DNA of 64,000 nucleotides. Origin: Candidatus Latescibacterota bacterium. Its GTDB lineage: Bacteria > Latescibacterota > UBA2968 > GCA-2709665. The notes under the pieces were generated by a model. That model did no database searches, had not been told where the DNA came from, and was given only the letters and a program-made list of their open reading frames with translations. Made by a program: the position numbers and the translations under genes. This document shows positions 8,520-18,675 of this stretch, piece by piece (position 1 is the stretch's first letter; every line of letters starts with the position of its first letter). Where the stretch lies: assembly GCA_965203805.1 (NCBI GenBank), contig OZ241917.1, positions 3,232,001-3,296,000 of the forward strand. Direction: 5' to 3'.

Positions 8520-9494
8520 TCATCCTTCCTCGCCTTCGTAGAGCAGCCTGAGAAGGGCAAGGAAGAGCCGGTCGCGCCGGTCGCGCGCCCGGTCGATGGA
8601 TTCGGGCGTGTACTCGTGGAAACCGCGGCCGGTCTTGACGCCGTAGTGCCCCGCTTCAACCAGTTTCCCGATGTTGCGGGGAAGTTCGGTGTCCGAACGG
8701 ATTTCGGAAACAAGAATCCTGTAAACGAGCGCCGAGACGTCGAGTCCTCCGAAGTCCCGCACGGTCAGGGGTCCGATGGCGGCCAGGCGGAATCCGACGC
8801 TGGCCCGGACCGCCCGGTCGATATCCTCGGGCTCGGCGACGCCCCTGTCGAGCAGGTCCCAGACTTCGCGCTGCATGGCGACCTGGATGCGGTTGACCAG
8901 GAAGCCCGGGAGTTCCTTCTTGAGGGGCACCGGCACCTTGCCGATACGTTCCAGGACGTTTACGGCGGTCCGTACCGTCGACCCGGTCGTGCGCTCTCCG
9001 GGAACGACTTCCACGAGCGGTACCAGATGGGGCGGATTGAACCAGTGGGTGACCACGGCCCGACCGGGATGCGAAAGGTCCCGTGCGATGTCGGTCATGG
9101 GAAAGGAGGACGTATTGCTGGCCAGAATGGTCTCACGCGAAACGACGGCTTCGATACGGGCGAAGCATTCCCGCTTGACGTCCAGGTCCTCGCGAATGGC
9201 TTCCGTAACGAAACCGGCGGCTTCCACGGCCTCGCGTTCGCTGTCGAAAACGGCGATGCGTCCGAGGGTTTCCCCGACCGTTTCCGGCGTGTCCATCCCC
9301 GCCTGAATGCGTTGCCGCAGGTTGGTTTCTATCCGGCGGTACAAGGATTCACGGGCCGCGGGGGACTCGTCGTAGCATCGCACCGGGTGTCCCGCCGCCG
9401 CGAATGCCTGCGCGATCCCGTGGCCCATCGTGCCCAGGCCGATAACGGCTATGGTCTGGAATTCCAATTCGCTTTGCAAGTGTCCCGTCCCCAA
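8520..9494 (-). CDS. 3-hydroxyacyl-CoA dehydrogenase family protein
   Basis: GLGTMGHGIA, ASNTSS, HWFNPPHLVPLVE, PGFLVNR. Confidence 0.9.
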   Translation of the reverse strand: MGTGHLQSELEFQTIAVIGLGTMGHGIAQAFAAAGHPVRCYDESPAARESLYRRIETNLRQRIQAGMDTPETVGETLGRIAVFDSEREAVEAAGFVTEAIREDLDVKRECFARIEAVVSRETILASNTSSFPMTDIARDLSHPGRAVVTHWFNPPHLVPLVEVVPGERTTGSTVRTAVNVLERIGKVPVPLKKELPGFLVNRIQVAMQREVWDLLDRGVAEPEDIDRAVRASVGFRLAAIGPLTVRDFGGLDVSALVYRILVSEIRSDTELPRNIGKLVEAGHYGVKTGRGFHEYTPESIDRARDRRDRLFLALLRLLYEGEEG

Positions 9495-9544
9495 AATACC
9501 TCACCGTTCGGTCGCCGATTCATCGCGTCTCGCTGCGTTGCTTG

Positions 9545-10660
9545 CACTGCCGGTGCTGAGCCTGTCGAAGCAAGCTTGCCGAAGTGCCTTGTCGAAGCGC
9601 CCTCGCTTACCGATCGTGGCAGGTCGCCATTCGGCGGACAAAACCACTTTGGAGCTAACCTACTGGGGGACAAGGGCTTTATCTCCCCCGCCAACTCTTA
9701 TTTTCTCTTCGTCCTTTTCAAAAAGCGGTGAGACGTAAGACGTGAGACGGGAGAGATTGCCTGCCCCGTGAGATTTCAGCTCAGACCGAAGGCATTGTGG
9801 AGGAGCGATTCGGGCAAGGATTTCTTCTACCGTCTACCGTTTCACCTCTCCCCGAATTTGAAGAAGCGTGCCGCTCGGCGCGGGGCCGGTTTTTCCGTGA
9901 ACCACCTCAGTGGCGTAAGTGGAAATTGGTTGCCCTGTCACCGTACCAGCCCTGCCGGAACTATGTTGCTAGACGGATTTGCACGGAAAAAACCCCCACT
10001 CCGCCACCGTTCGCTTGACTAAACTGCGCGAGGTTTGATGCATTTGCGATCTTGACGATTATGCGCTTGAGAACCCCCGACACCCCCACCAACCTACCCC
10101 CTATCCCCCTTCCCGAAGGAAGGGGGAACGGAGATCCTATCAGGGAGTCCTGGTTGTCTCCCCCTCTCCCCCCGGGAGAGGGGGTTGGGGGGAGAGGTCT
10201 GCGGCGTTGGGGGTGGTTCGCTCTCGGCTGATTGCAGTTGCTTTCCTTTGTGTCTTCGTGTCTTTGTGTGAGCAGATTTTCGTTTTTGATCTTGGCTATC
10301 GGTCGAGAGCTAACGTCTGCCCTCATCATCCAGGCACCCATCGGTTTACAAAGGTATATCCTGACCGGAGAACGACCAGAGCAGAGCGCGCTGATCCGTC
10401 CAGCAACGCGGTTCGATGTGCCTCCGAGGGTGTCGGGGCAAAGGATCCTGTGCATCCTGTGAGCGTGTTCGCGCTATGCATTTCGCAGGCCCCACGCCCA
10501 GTGGCGACTTTTGGTTCCTTTTGGTCGCTTTAAAAGGAACACGCCGTAGGCAGGGAATTTGGGGAGATGTGGATGTTGAATTTGATTCTTGTTTTTGATT
10601 TTCGCTCTTGCTTCAAGCTGACCGCTGATGGCTGACTGCTGAAAGCTGCTTTTCTCCTTC
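9545..10660 (+). repeat. Mosaic intergenic repeat locus 1 (modules A, C, REP arms, B)
   Basis: Modules shared with loci 2-7. Confidence 0.9.
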
Positions 10661-10693
10661 CGAATTCAGGCAACTTGTTTCCGGGAAAGAACA

Positions 10694-11434
10694 CTAGATT
10701 GTCTTGCCGCCGTCCACCACCAGAACCTGCCCGGTTACCAATTCGTTCACGACCAGGCCCAGAATCGCATTCGCGATATCTTCGGGTTCCGCGACGCGCT
10801 GGAGGGGCGTGGCTTCGCGATTCACGCGAACGAATTCCTCCCAACCCTTTACCCAGCGTGTGTTGACGATGCCGGGGGCCACGGCGTTTGCCCGGATGCG
10901 GGGCGCCTGGCTGACGGCCAGGGATTTGGTGAGGGAGATCAGCGCCGCCTTGGAGGCGCAATACGCGATGGAGCTGCCCTGCCCGCAGGTGCCGGCGATC
11001 GATGCTACGCTCACGATCTGGCCCCCTGCTTCGGGCATTCTGGCGATCGCCGCCCTGGCGCAGTAGAAAGCGCCTTTCACGTTGACGTCAAAGACGGGAT
11101 CCCAGGCGTCGTCGGTGAGGGCCTCGAGGTCGGCCAACGGCACGAAGACGGTGGTTCCCGCGTTGTTGACCAGGATGTCCAGCCGGCCCAGTTCTCCAAC
11201 CACACGGTCCACCATTTCGCGGACGGCGCTCTCGACCGACACGTCGGTGCGGATTGCGATCGAGTTTCGGCCAAGCGCACGGACATCGGCCGCCGTGGCT
11301 TCGGCTTCCTTCCTGGAACGCGAATAGTTGACGGCCACGTCGGCCCCTTCCGAAGCGAGCAGCAGGGAGGTCGCTCTTCCGATTCCCGTGCCGCCGCCGG
11401 TCACGAGCGTGACTTTTCCGTCCAAACGGCCCAT
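10694..11434 (-). CDS. SDR family oxidoreductase
   Basis: TGGGTGIG, NNAG, YCASK. Confidence 0.93.
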   Translation of the reverse strand: MGRLDGKVTLVTGGGTGIGRATSLLLASEGADVAVNYSRSRKEAEATAADVRALGRNSIAIRTDVSVESAVREMVDRVVGELGRLDILVNNAGTTVFVPLADLEALTDDAWDPVFDVNVKGAFYCARAAIARMPEAGGQIVSVASIAGTCGQGSSIAYCASKAALISLTKSLAVSQAPRIRANAVAPGIVNTRWVKGWEEFVRVNREATPLQRVAEPEDIANAILGLVVNELVTGQVLVVDGGKTI

Positions 11435-11477
11435 ATAGGATCCTTTCGATTTGGTGTATGGGAATTGTTTTCAAGAT

Positions 11478-12749
11478 CTACGGATCTGCAAACGGGATGG
11501 CGACGACGTCGCGGATGTCTGCTGAGTCGGCAAGCACCATCAGCAAACGATCCACGCCGAGGGCGATGCCGCCGGCCGGCGGCATGCCGGCTTCGAGGGC
11601 GCCCAGGAATTGCTCGTCGATCGGATAAGCCGGTCGACCGCTGTCCCGTCGCTGCGCCGCTTCTTCTTCCAGCCGGGCCCTCTGTTCGGCGGGGTCGTTC
11701 AGTTCCGTAAAAGCGTTGGCGAGTTCCACGCCCGAAACATAGAGTTCGAACCGCTCCGCGATGCCGGGCGCATTCTGTTTCAATCTGGCAAGCGCCGCCA
11801 TCTCCGCGGGGTAATCCACGAGGAAGGTTGGGCGTCCCGCGCCGAGGCGTTTTTCCACGGCATCCAGAAACACCTTGAAATAAGCGGTCTCAAACCCATC
11901 GCCGGGAACGACCGACAGGTGGCCGTTCCGGCGGGCTTCCCGGACGAACGCGTCGAGATTCTCCGAGGGATCGGCGGACACACCGGCGTACTTTGCAAAT
12001 GCTTCCCGCACGCTCAGGCGTTGCCACGGGGGGGTGAAGTCGACGGTTCGACCCCGGTACGCGATGGATGATTTCCCGGTGAGTTCACGTACCATGCCGT
12101 GAATCAGATTCTCCGTGTCACCCATGATGGTGGTGTAGTCGGCGTAGGCCCTGTACCATTCGAGAAGCGTGAATTCGGGGCTGTGCATGGGGCCGGGCGG
12201 GTCCTGGCGGAACGACTTGCAAATCTGGAAGATGCGTTCGTACCCGGCCGCCAGGAGGCGCTTCATCGCGTATTCGGGTGAGGTCGGCAGATAATACTGT
12301 TTCGCGTGCCCGTTGGCGCGGTAGTGGGTTTCGAAGGCGTCCAGATGGGGTTCCATACCCGGGCAGCGAACGAGAAGCGGCGTCTCGACTTCCAGGAATC
12401 CCGCGTCCTCGAAAAAACGCCTGACGTACGACAGAACCCAGGAGCGCATCCGCAGGATCCGCGATGCGGGTCCTGACTCTGGTGGGCGCAGGGCCGGCGC
12501 CAGAACCCGGTGGCTTCGGACGCGAAATGCAGGAGGCCGCCAGATGCCCCGAACCTCCACCACGTGTCCCGGCCGAAGCGTTCCCGGCGCCTCGAGGGTC
12601 ACCTCGCCCGACTCGTCAACCAGCCGTGGATTGTCCGCCCCCGCGCCGGCAGCGACCCGACCGGCCAGAATCGCTTCGTCACCCGGCGCCAGGTCCGAGA
12701 CGCGATGGGTACGGGCGCACCCCGCGGGATAGGTGTTGGATTCAGACAT
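11478..12749 (-). CDS. epmA: EF-P lysine aminoacylase EpmA/GenX with N-terminal extension
   Basis: TSPEYAMKRLL, HSPEFTLLEWY, ERFELY..GVELANAF, GIALGVDRL. Start inferred at MSESN. Confidence 0.85.
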   Translation of the reverse strand: MSESNTYPAGCARTHRVSDLAPGDEAILAGRVAAGAGADNPRLVDESGEVTLEAPGTLRPGHVVEVRGIWRPPAFRVRSHRVLAPALRPPESGPASRILRMRSWVLSYVRRFFEDAGFLEVETPLLVRCPGMEPHLDAFETHYRANGHAKQYYLPTSPEYAMKRLLAAGYERIFQICKSFRQDPPGPMHSPEFTLLEWYRAYADYTTIMGDTENLIHGMVRELTGKSSIAYRGRTVDFTPPWQRLSVREAFAKYAGVSADPSENLDAFVREARRNGHLSVVPGDGFETAYFKVFLDAVEKRLGAGRPTFLVDYPAEMAALARLKQNAPGIAERFELYVSGVELANAFTELNDPAEQRARLEEEAAQRRDSGRPAYPIDEQFLGALEAGMPPAGGIALGVDRLLMVLADSADIRDVVAIPFADP

Positions 12750-12894
12750 ACAAGTGTCCGGGAGTCCGCAGTCGCCGTGTGGTGCGGCAATGAATGAAAG
12801 ACCCTTCCGGAAAGGGCCATACGGAATATAGGATAACCGGTGTCGGGGAGCAACACGCATCCGTGCGGGACGGAACTCCGGATGGAAAAATCCC

Positions 12895-13450
12895 TTGCCG
12901 ACGGTTCTTTTGCGGTCATATATTTCGGAACAGCGTTCCGGGCGGTCCTGAACTTCACCTCTCCCATTTGCTTTTTTAAAAAAGCGGTGAGACGGTAGAA
13001 GGAAAAATGAAGAATGAAGAATTAAGAATGAAAACCTGAAGGCGGTGAGACGTAAGAGGGTAGACGGTAGTTAAAGGCGGTGAGAGGATAGAGGGTAGAC
13101 GTTAGATGACGTCCTTGCCCGATTGGTTTTATCGTTATGCCTGCGGCAAGAGATGATACCGAACAGGCAATCATATAATCTCACGTCTTACGTCTACCCG
13201 CTCTTCAGGCACTCATGTCATCTCCCGTCTCACGTCTCCCCTCTCACCGCCTTTCAGACCTACCCCCTTCCTATAAGGAAGGTGGAAAGCGGGATCCTAT
13301 CGCGAGGCGTTCGTTACCCTTTCCTTATAGGAGAGGGTCCCTGCCTGGCGGTGGTTTTTCGGCAGGCAGGGGGGAGAGGTCTGAGGGGTTGGGGGTGAGG
13401 GCGCTCTTGCTTCAAGCTGACTGACGAACGCTGATAGCTGACAACTGCAT
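12895..13450 (+). repeat. Mosaic intergenic repeat locus 2
   Basis: AAGAATT/GAATG heptamers, GAGACG arms with core C1, REP arm with CCTGCCTG palindrome. Confidence 0.88.
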
Positions 13451-13497
13451 TTTCCTCTACAAGGCACCTGACACGCATATTGGAGAATCTCGCGGAC

Positions 13498-14079
13498 ATG
13501 AGACGTTCAACAAGCCGGCATGGGGTTTCACTTTCTATCGCTTTTCTTGCAATTACAATGGTCCTGCTTTGTTGCGTCCCGGCGTGGGGCGGCTCTTTCA
13601 AAGCCGGCGCCGGAATCTTCTTCAACAATAATGAACCCGGGGGAGGCGTATCCGTCGACCTGAGCGACGCGGGACTGGGGTTTTCGCCCTTTGTGGACTA
13701 TTTCGGCAACTCCGGGTCGCGCGTCTTCGGCGGCGGGCTCAACATCGTCGCAAAACGCACCGGGGGCGCGCAGTCGCGACTCTATATCGGCGTGGGGGGA
13801 GGCATCGCCTCAGTGGAGGCGGAAGAAACGTCGGCCGGCCTCACCGGCTCGGCGTCAAAAACACAGGCGATGGCCGACTTGGTGCTGGGTATCGAGTTCG
13901 ACCTGCACGAGAACATCGGGGGGTTCGTTCAGGTGAAGTGGCTCGGGACCTTCGGCGGCGGCAGGTTGGACATTACAGGTGAGGTTGACGGACGGACGGT
14001 TACGATACCGGACGCGATAGACCTGGAACTCAGAAGTTTCGCCGCCCAGGCAGGCGTTTCGATCGGCTTCTGGAACTGA
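13498..14079 (+). CDS. Outer-membrane beta-barrel protein, paralog 1
   Basis: Signal peptide, alternating beta strands, FSPFVD, GGGLN, C-terminal aromatic residues. Start uncertain. Confidence 0.75.
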   Translation: MRRSTSRHGVSLSIAFLAITMVLLCCVPAWGGSFKAGAGIFFNNNEPGGGVSVDLSDAGLGFSPFVDYFGNSGSRVFGGGLNIVAKRTGGAQSRLYIGVGGGIASVEAEETSAGLTGSASKTQAMADLVLGIEFDLHENIGGFVQVKWLGTFGGGRLDITGEVDGRTVTIPDAIDLELRSFAAQAGVSIGFWN

Positions 14080-14161
14080 GCGCCATCGCCGACGGGCGGG
14101 GAGCGCCGTCCGCGATGACCTGAATTTGAACTTCCATCCCCACCAAAAGAACCGGTCATTG

Positions 14162-14202
14162 GAAACCGCCGGCGTGCCTCCAGAGATGCAGCCGGCGGTT
14201 TT
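14162..14202 (+). terminator. Intrinsic terminator-like hairpin
   Basis: AACCGCCGGC...GCCGGCGGTTTTT. Confidence 0.55.
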
Positions 14203-14306
14203 TCGGTTGATTTCCGGCCCTGTTTTAGCGATTATTGTTGAGGTCATTCCCTTCTTGCAACCGGATATTCCAGCGCTTGACGCCGCACCAGTCCCGGGAG
14301 GCTTTA

Positions 14307-14912
14307 ATGCACGGTTTAACCCGCGCTCTCTTTGCCGTCTCCGTTGCTGCAATGCTCACGACTTCCGCCGCGTGGGCGCAGCACGCGGTCAAGCTTGGCG
14401 CAGGCATACACTTTGACGAAGAAACGCCCGGCATCGGACTCGCATACGACATCAATGCCTCGGAAGGGCTGGTCGCGTTTTCGCCGTTTATCGATTTCTT
14501 TACCAAATCCGAAAACACGGTGTTCGGGGGCGGTTTGAACCTGGTCGTGAAACGTCCCGTGGGAGAAAAAGGCATCTTCTATTTCGGGGGCGGAGGCGGT
14601 GTAGGCAGCGTGACGTCCGTGAGGGAATTCGAAATTGAAAGTGAGACCGAGACCACGGCGCCGGCCGATGAGAGGGTGGAAGCTTCAAGAACGCAGGCAA
14701 TGGCAAACGTGCTGGTCGGCCTGGAATTTGCCACGACCGAGAGAGCATCGGTTTTCCTGCAGGCCAAGTGGATCGGCATGTACAGTGGAGATCCCGAAGT
14801 TTATACGCTCTCCGACGGCAGAGAAGTCGCGCCTGAACTGGATGTGAAAAGTTTCGCATTCCATGTCGGCCTTTCCATCAATATCGGTCAGTCTGAATAT
14901 GAAGGTTATTAG
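14307..14912 (+). CDS. Outer-membrane beta-barrel protein, paralog 2
   Basis: GGGAGG RBS, signal peptide ending AWA, FSPFID, GGGLN, FLQAKW. Confidence 0.78.
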   Translation: MHGLTRALFAVSVAAMLTTSAAWAQHAVKLGAGIHFDEETPGIGLAYDINASEGLVAFSPFIDFFTKSENTVFGGGLNLVVKRPVGEKGIFYFGGGGGVGSVTSVREFEIESETETTAPADERVEASRTQAMANVLVGLEFATTERASVFLQAKWIGMYSGDPEVYTLSDGREVAPELDVKSFAFHVGLSINIGQSEYEGY

Positions 14913-14972
14913 TTACATCCGTCGCGCGTGAGATTGCGATGACCGCGGGTGACCGTGCGTATTGGAGGCATA

Positions 14973-15476
14973 ATGAGAATTCGACTGATGGTTTTGCTGT
15001 CCGGCCTCGCTCTGCTGACGGCCGCGCCCGCCGCCGCAAGAGATTTCGCGGTGAATTTCGGGGGCGGCACGCTCTTCGACTCGACCCGGCCGGGCGGTCA
15101 TTTTTCGTTCGAGATGTCGCTCAGTGACGAGTATCCCACCCACCTCGCCCCTTTCTGTGAATTTTACAACGATTCGGGCACAAGGATCATCCCGGTAGGC
15201 ATCTCGCTGCTTTACAAACCGCCCCTTTCGGAATACGGCGGCACGATATATTTCGGCGCCGGCGGCGGCGCATTGCTCATTCGGGGACAACCCGGTCCCG
15301 GCCTTGCAACGGGAACGGACGGAATGATCACGGTGGCGGGCGGTCTGTCGTTCGGCGTGGGCGCCCGCGCGGGCGTCTTCGTGCAGGTGCGCTGGTTCCG
15401 ATCGTTCGAAGATCAGACCGCGGAGAACGAAATCGGCATTCAGGCGGGATTGCGTTTCTATCTGTCGGAAGGCTGA
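14973..15476 (+). CDS. Outer-membrane beta-barrel protein, paralog 3
   Basis: GGAGG RBS, signal peptide, YFGAGGG, FVQVRW, QAGLRFY. Confidence 0.78.
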   Translation: MRIRLMVLLSGLALLTAAPAAARDFAVNFGGGTLFDSTRPGGHFSFEMSLSDEYPTHLAPFCEFYNDSGTRIIPVGISLLYKPPLSEYGGTIYFGAGGGALLIRGQPGPGLATGTDGMITVAGGLSFGVGARAGVFVQVRWFRSFEDQTAENEIGIQAGLRFYLSEG

Positions 15477-15511
15477 TTGCAATACAGCATACGGGTTAAC
15501 CCCGGGAGTTC

Positions 15512-15551
15512 AAAAGCGCCGGTAGCCCTCTTCAGGGCGCCGGCGCTTTTG
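15512..15551. terminator. Bidirectional terminator
   Basis: AAAAGCGCCGG...CCGGCGCTTTT between convergent genes. Confidence 0.65.
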
Positions 15552-15643
15552 CTTTGAAAGATCCGGATGGCCGTCAACGGGCAGCTGTCCGGGCTCGCCG
15601 CCGCGGACAACCGGGCAGCATTCGAGCGACCGTCCCGGCGGCG

Positions 15644-17143
15644 TCAACCGCGGTTCCTGAGCAGATCGACCAGAAGACGCACGCCCACGCCCGTGCCGCC
15701 TTTGGGGATGTGCGGCAGGTCTTTCTGCGCCCACGCGGTGCCTGCGATGTCCAGGTGAGCCCATGGAAACTCCTGCACGAAGGCCTCGATGAACGCCGCG
15801 CCCGTGATGGCGCCTCCGGCCCGGCCGCCGGTGTTCTTGATGTCGGCAACGTCGCTTTTCATCTCCTCCCGGTGGCCGTCCAGAATGGGAAGGCGCCACG
15901 CGATTTCGCCCGTTCTTTCTCCAGCAGCGGCGATTTCGGAAGCCAGTGCGTCATCGTTGGAGAAGAGCCCGCTGGCCTCGTGTCCGAGGGCGATGACGCA
16001 GGCGCCCGTAAGCGTTGCAAGATCGATGGCGGCAGACGGCTTGTACGCGCTGGCCCAGGCCACGGCGTCGGCCAGGACAAGGCGGCCTTCGGCGTCCGTG
16101 GACCGGATTTCGATGGTTTTCCCGAGAAGGGACCGGATAATGTCGCCCGGCTTGAGCGCGCGGCTGCCGGGCATGTTTTCCGAGGCGGCCACAAGGCCGA
16201 TCGTGCGGACCGGCAGATTCAGCCGCGCAACCGCCTGCATGGCGCCGATGACTGCGGCGGCCCCGCCCATGTCGAACTTCATATCCCACATGCCGTCGGA
16301 GCCTTTGATGGAAATACCGCCGGAGTCGAACGTGATGCCCTTGCCGATAAGCACGACGGGCGCCCCCTCCGGATCCCCGCCGTCGTGTTCAAGCACGACG
16401 AACCTGGGGGGTTCCGCGCTGCCCTGCGCCACGGCCTGGATGGTGCGCATGCCTTCCCCGGCAATCCTCTTCTCGTCGAATACCTCGCACCGGAGGCCTG
16501 CTTCGCGTGCCATCGTCTCCGCGCGACCGGCGAGTATGGCGGGCGTCATTTCGTTTCCAGGATGACTGCCGAGGTCGCGGGCAAGGCAGACGGCTTCGGC
16601 GATGATTCGCCCCGTCTCCGCCCCGGTTTTGATGTACGCCCGTTTTTCCTCGAGGAATTCGACGAGCGTGAGACTTTCGAGTTCACCGGTATCGTCGTCG
16701 TCTCCGCTCTTGTACGGTGTGAATCGATAAGTGCCCAGAATGGCGCCTTCGACGACGGCCTGGGCGGCCTCGCGCGCGTCCATCCTCCCAACCCCGGCCC
16801 CGTGGATAATCGAAGCCAGGCGTCCCGAGCCCAGGCTTTGCGCACGCTTCGCCGCGACCGCTGAGACCTGCCGGACCCTGTCGAGGGTGAAGTCCTCGCT
16901 CTTGCCCAGACCCACGAGAATGACGCGTCTCGCAGTCATGCCGTCCTGTGGATATAGCACGGCCACCTGCTTGAACTTGCCGGTGAAATCTCCACCGGAT
17001 ATCAGATGCCGGATCTGGCCGTTCATGGCGCTGTCCGCGGCGCCCGTTGCGCCGCCGGGCACGGTGACGCCCTCGAAGAGATTCACCACAATGGCATCCG
17101 CGTCGTACGCCGCGATGTTGTCAATCGCAACCGATATGTTCAC
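15644..17143 (-). CDS. pepA: Leucyl aminopeptidase (M17)
   Basis: GKGITFDSGG, MKFDMGG, TDAEGRL, ATLTGA, HLDIAG. Confidence 0.95.
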   Translation of the reverse strand: MNISVAIDNIAAYDADAIVVNLFEGVTVPGGATGAADSAMNGQIRHLISGGDFTGKFKQVAVLYPQDGMTARRVILVGLGKSEDFTLDRVRQVSAVAAKRAQSLGSGRLASIIHGAGVGRMDAREAAQAVVEGAILGTYRFTPYKSGDDDDTGELESLTLVEFLEEKRAYIKTGAETGRIIAEAVCLARDLGSHPGNEMTPAILAGRAETMAREAGLRCEVFDEKRIAGEGMRTIQAVAQGSAEPPRFVVLEHDGGDPEGAPVVLIGKGITFDSGGISIKGSDGMWDMKFDMGGAAAVIGAMQAVARLNLPVRTIGLVAASENMPGSRALKPGDIIRSLLGKTIEIRSTDAEGRLVLADAVAWASAYKPSAAIDLATLTGACVIALGHEASGLFSNDDALASEIAAAGERTGEIAWRLPILDGHREEMKSDVADIKNTGGRAGGAITGAAFIEAFVQEFPWAHLDIAGTAWAQKDLPHIPKGGTGVGVRLLVDLLRNRG

Positions 17144-17299
17144 AAAACCTCCCTTACGAGAAAGGCACGAGAAAACGAAAAGACGCGAGAAAACGAGAAG
17201 ACGAAGAAACGCGAGAAGACGAAGAAACGCGAGAAGACGAGTAACGGCGGTGGATTAAACCATCATAGACCGTATGTCATTACGCCGGCCGCACGGGCG

Positions 17300-17920
17300 T
17301 CACCGAAAAAACGGATTGGTGGATTTCTCAATGCCCACTGTGGTGAAGGGGCCATGCCCGGGATAGACCCTGGTCTCGTCGTCCAGAGTCAGAATCTTCT
17401 CCCGTATTGACTTGAGCAGCAGGGCCGCGTCGCAGCCCGGCAGGTCGGTGCGGCCGATCGAGCCGGCGAACAGGGTGTCGCCCACGATCGCGTGCCCGGG
17501 CCATTTGAGCGTGATATTGCCGGGCGCATGCCCCGGCGTGTGGACAATCTCGAACGTCTCTTCACCCATCCTGACGACGTCGCCCTCTTCGAGAAACCGG
17601 TCGATGCGCGGCGGCGGCTCCGCTTCCATACCGACGGTTGCGGCGATCTCGACCAGGTTTTCGACCCTGAGACGGTCGGCCGGATGGATCGCGAAGGGGG
17701 CGCCGGTTTCGCGGACGGCGGAGGACGCGTGTGCGATGTGGTCGTAATGCCCGTGGGTGGCGATGATTTCCACAATGCGGATGTCGTCTTCGCGGACGAG
17801 TTCAATGATATCCGGGATGTTGTCGCCCGGATCCACGATGATGCCCTCGAGGGTCTTTTCACAGGCCAGTACGAAGCAGTTCACCTGCAGGGGTCCGACG
17901 ACGATCGATTTGAAGATCAA
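17300..17920 (-). CDS. MBL-fold metallo-hydrolase (glyoxalase II-like)
   Basis: THGHYDH, HTPGHAPG, GDTLF, PGHG. Confidence 0.93.
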   Translation of the reverse strand: MIFKSIVVGPLQVNCFVLACEKTLEGIIVDPGDNIPDIIELVREDDIRIVEIIATHGHYDHIAHASSAVRETGAPFAIHPADRLRVENLVEIAATVGMEAEPPPRIDRFLEEGDVVRMGEETFEIVHTPGHAPGNITLKWPGHAIVGDTLFAGSIGRTDLPGCDAALLLKSIREKILTLDDETRVYPGHGPFTTVGIEKSTNPFFR

Positions 17921-17979
17921 GAAATGCTCCTCATGGTCAGCCAGATCCTCCTGTGGTATCCCGACACCGGTATGTCACT

Positions 17980-18675
17980 TCGCCTGTGGGTGGACAAACC
18001 GGCTTTGGATCTATCCTATTGGGGGACAATGACTTTATCTCTCCCACAAGCTCTCATTTTCTCTTCGTCCTTTTCAAAAAGCCGTGAGCCGTAAGACGCA
18101 AGACGGGAGAGGTTGCCTGCCCTGTAAGGATTCTGTTCAGGCTTGAGGCATTGATAATGAGCCGTTTGGGCAAGGATGTCTTCTACCGTCTCACGTCTTC
18201 CCGCTTTTTGAAGAACGGCGCCGCTCGGCGCGGGGCCGGTTTTTCCGTGAACCACCTCAGTGGCATAAATGGAAATTCGCTGCCCTGTCACCGAAACAGC
18301 CCATCCCGAACGATGTTGCTGGACGGATTTGCACGGAAAAACCCCCAACACCACCACCGTACGCTTGATTAGGAACTTACAAAGAACCGTACGGCGATGT
18401 TTCTGCGCGATGAAGCGTTTACAGACCCCCCAACACCCCCACCAACCTACCCCCTTTCCCCCTTCCCGGGGGGAAGGGGGACCCCCGGATCCTATCGCGT
18501 GGCGTTCGTTTCCCTTTCCTTATAGGAAAGGGTCCCTGCCTGCCGGTGGTTTTTCGGCAGGCAGGGGGGATAGGTCTGCGCATCCGCGAGGTCATGTCGC
18601 CAGGCCTTATCGTCGCCCCGTTGAAGCAGGATGTCATCTCCCGTTTTACGTCTCACGTCTCACGTCTCCCCGCTT
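17980..18675 (+). repeat. Mosaic intergenic repeat locus 3
   Basis: Module A interrupted by module C, plus REP arms. Confidence 0.9.
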
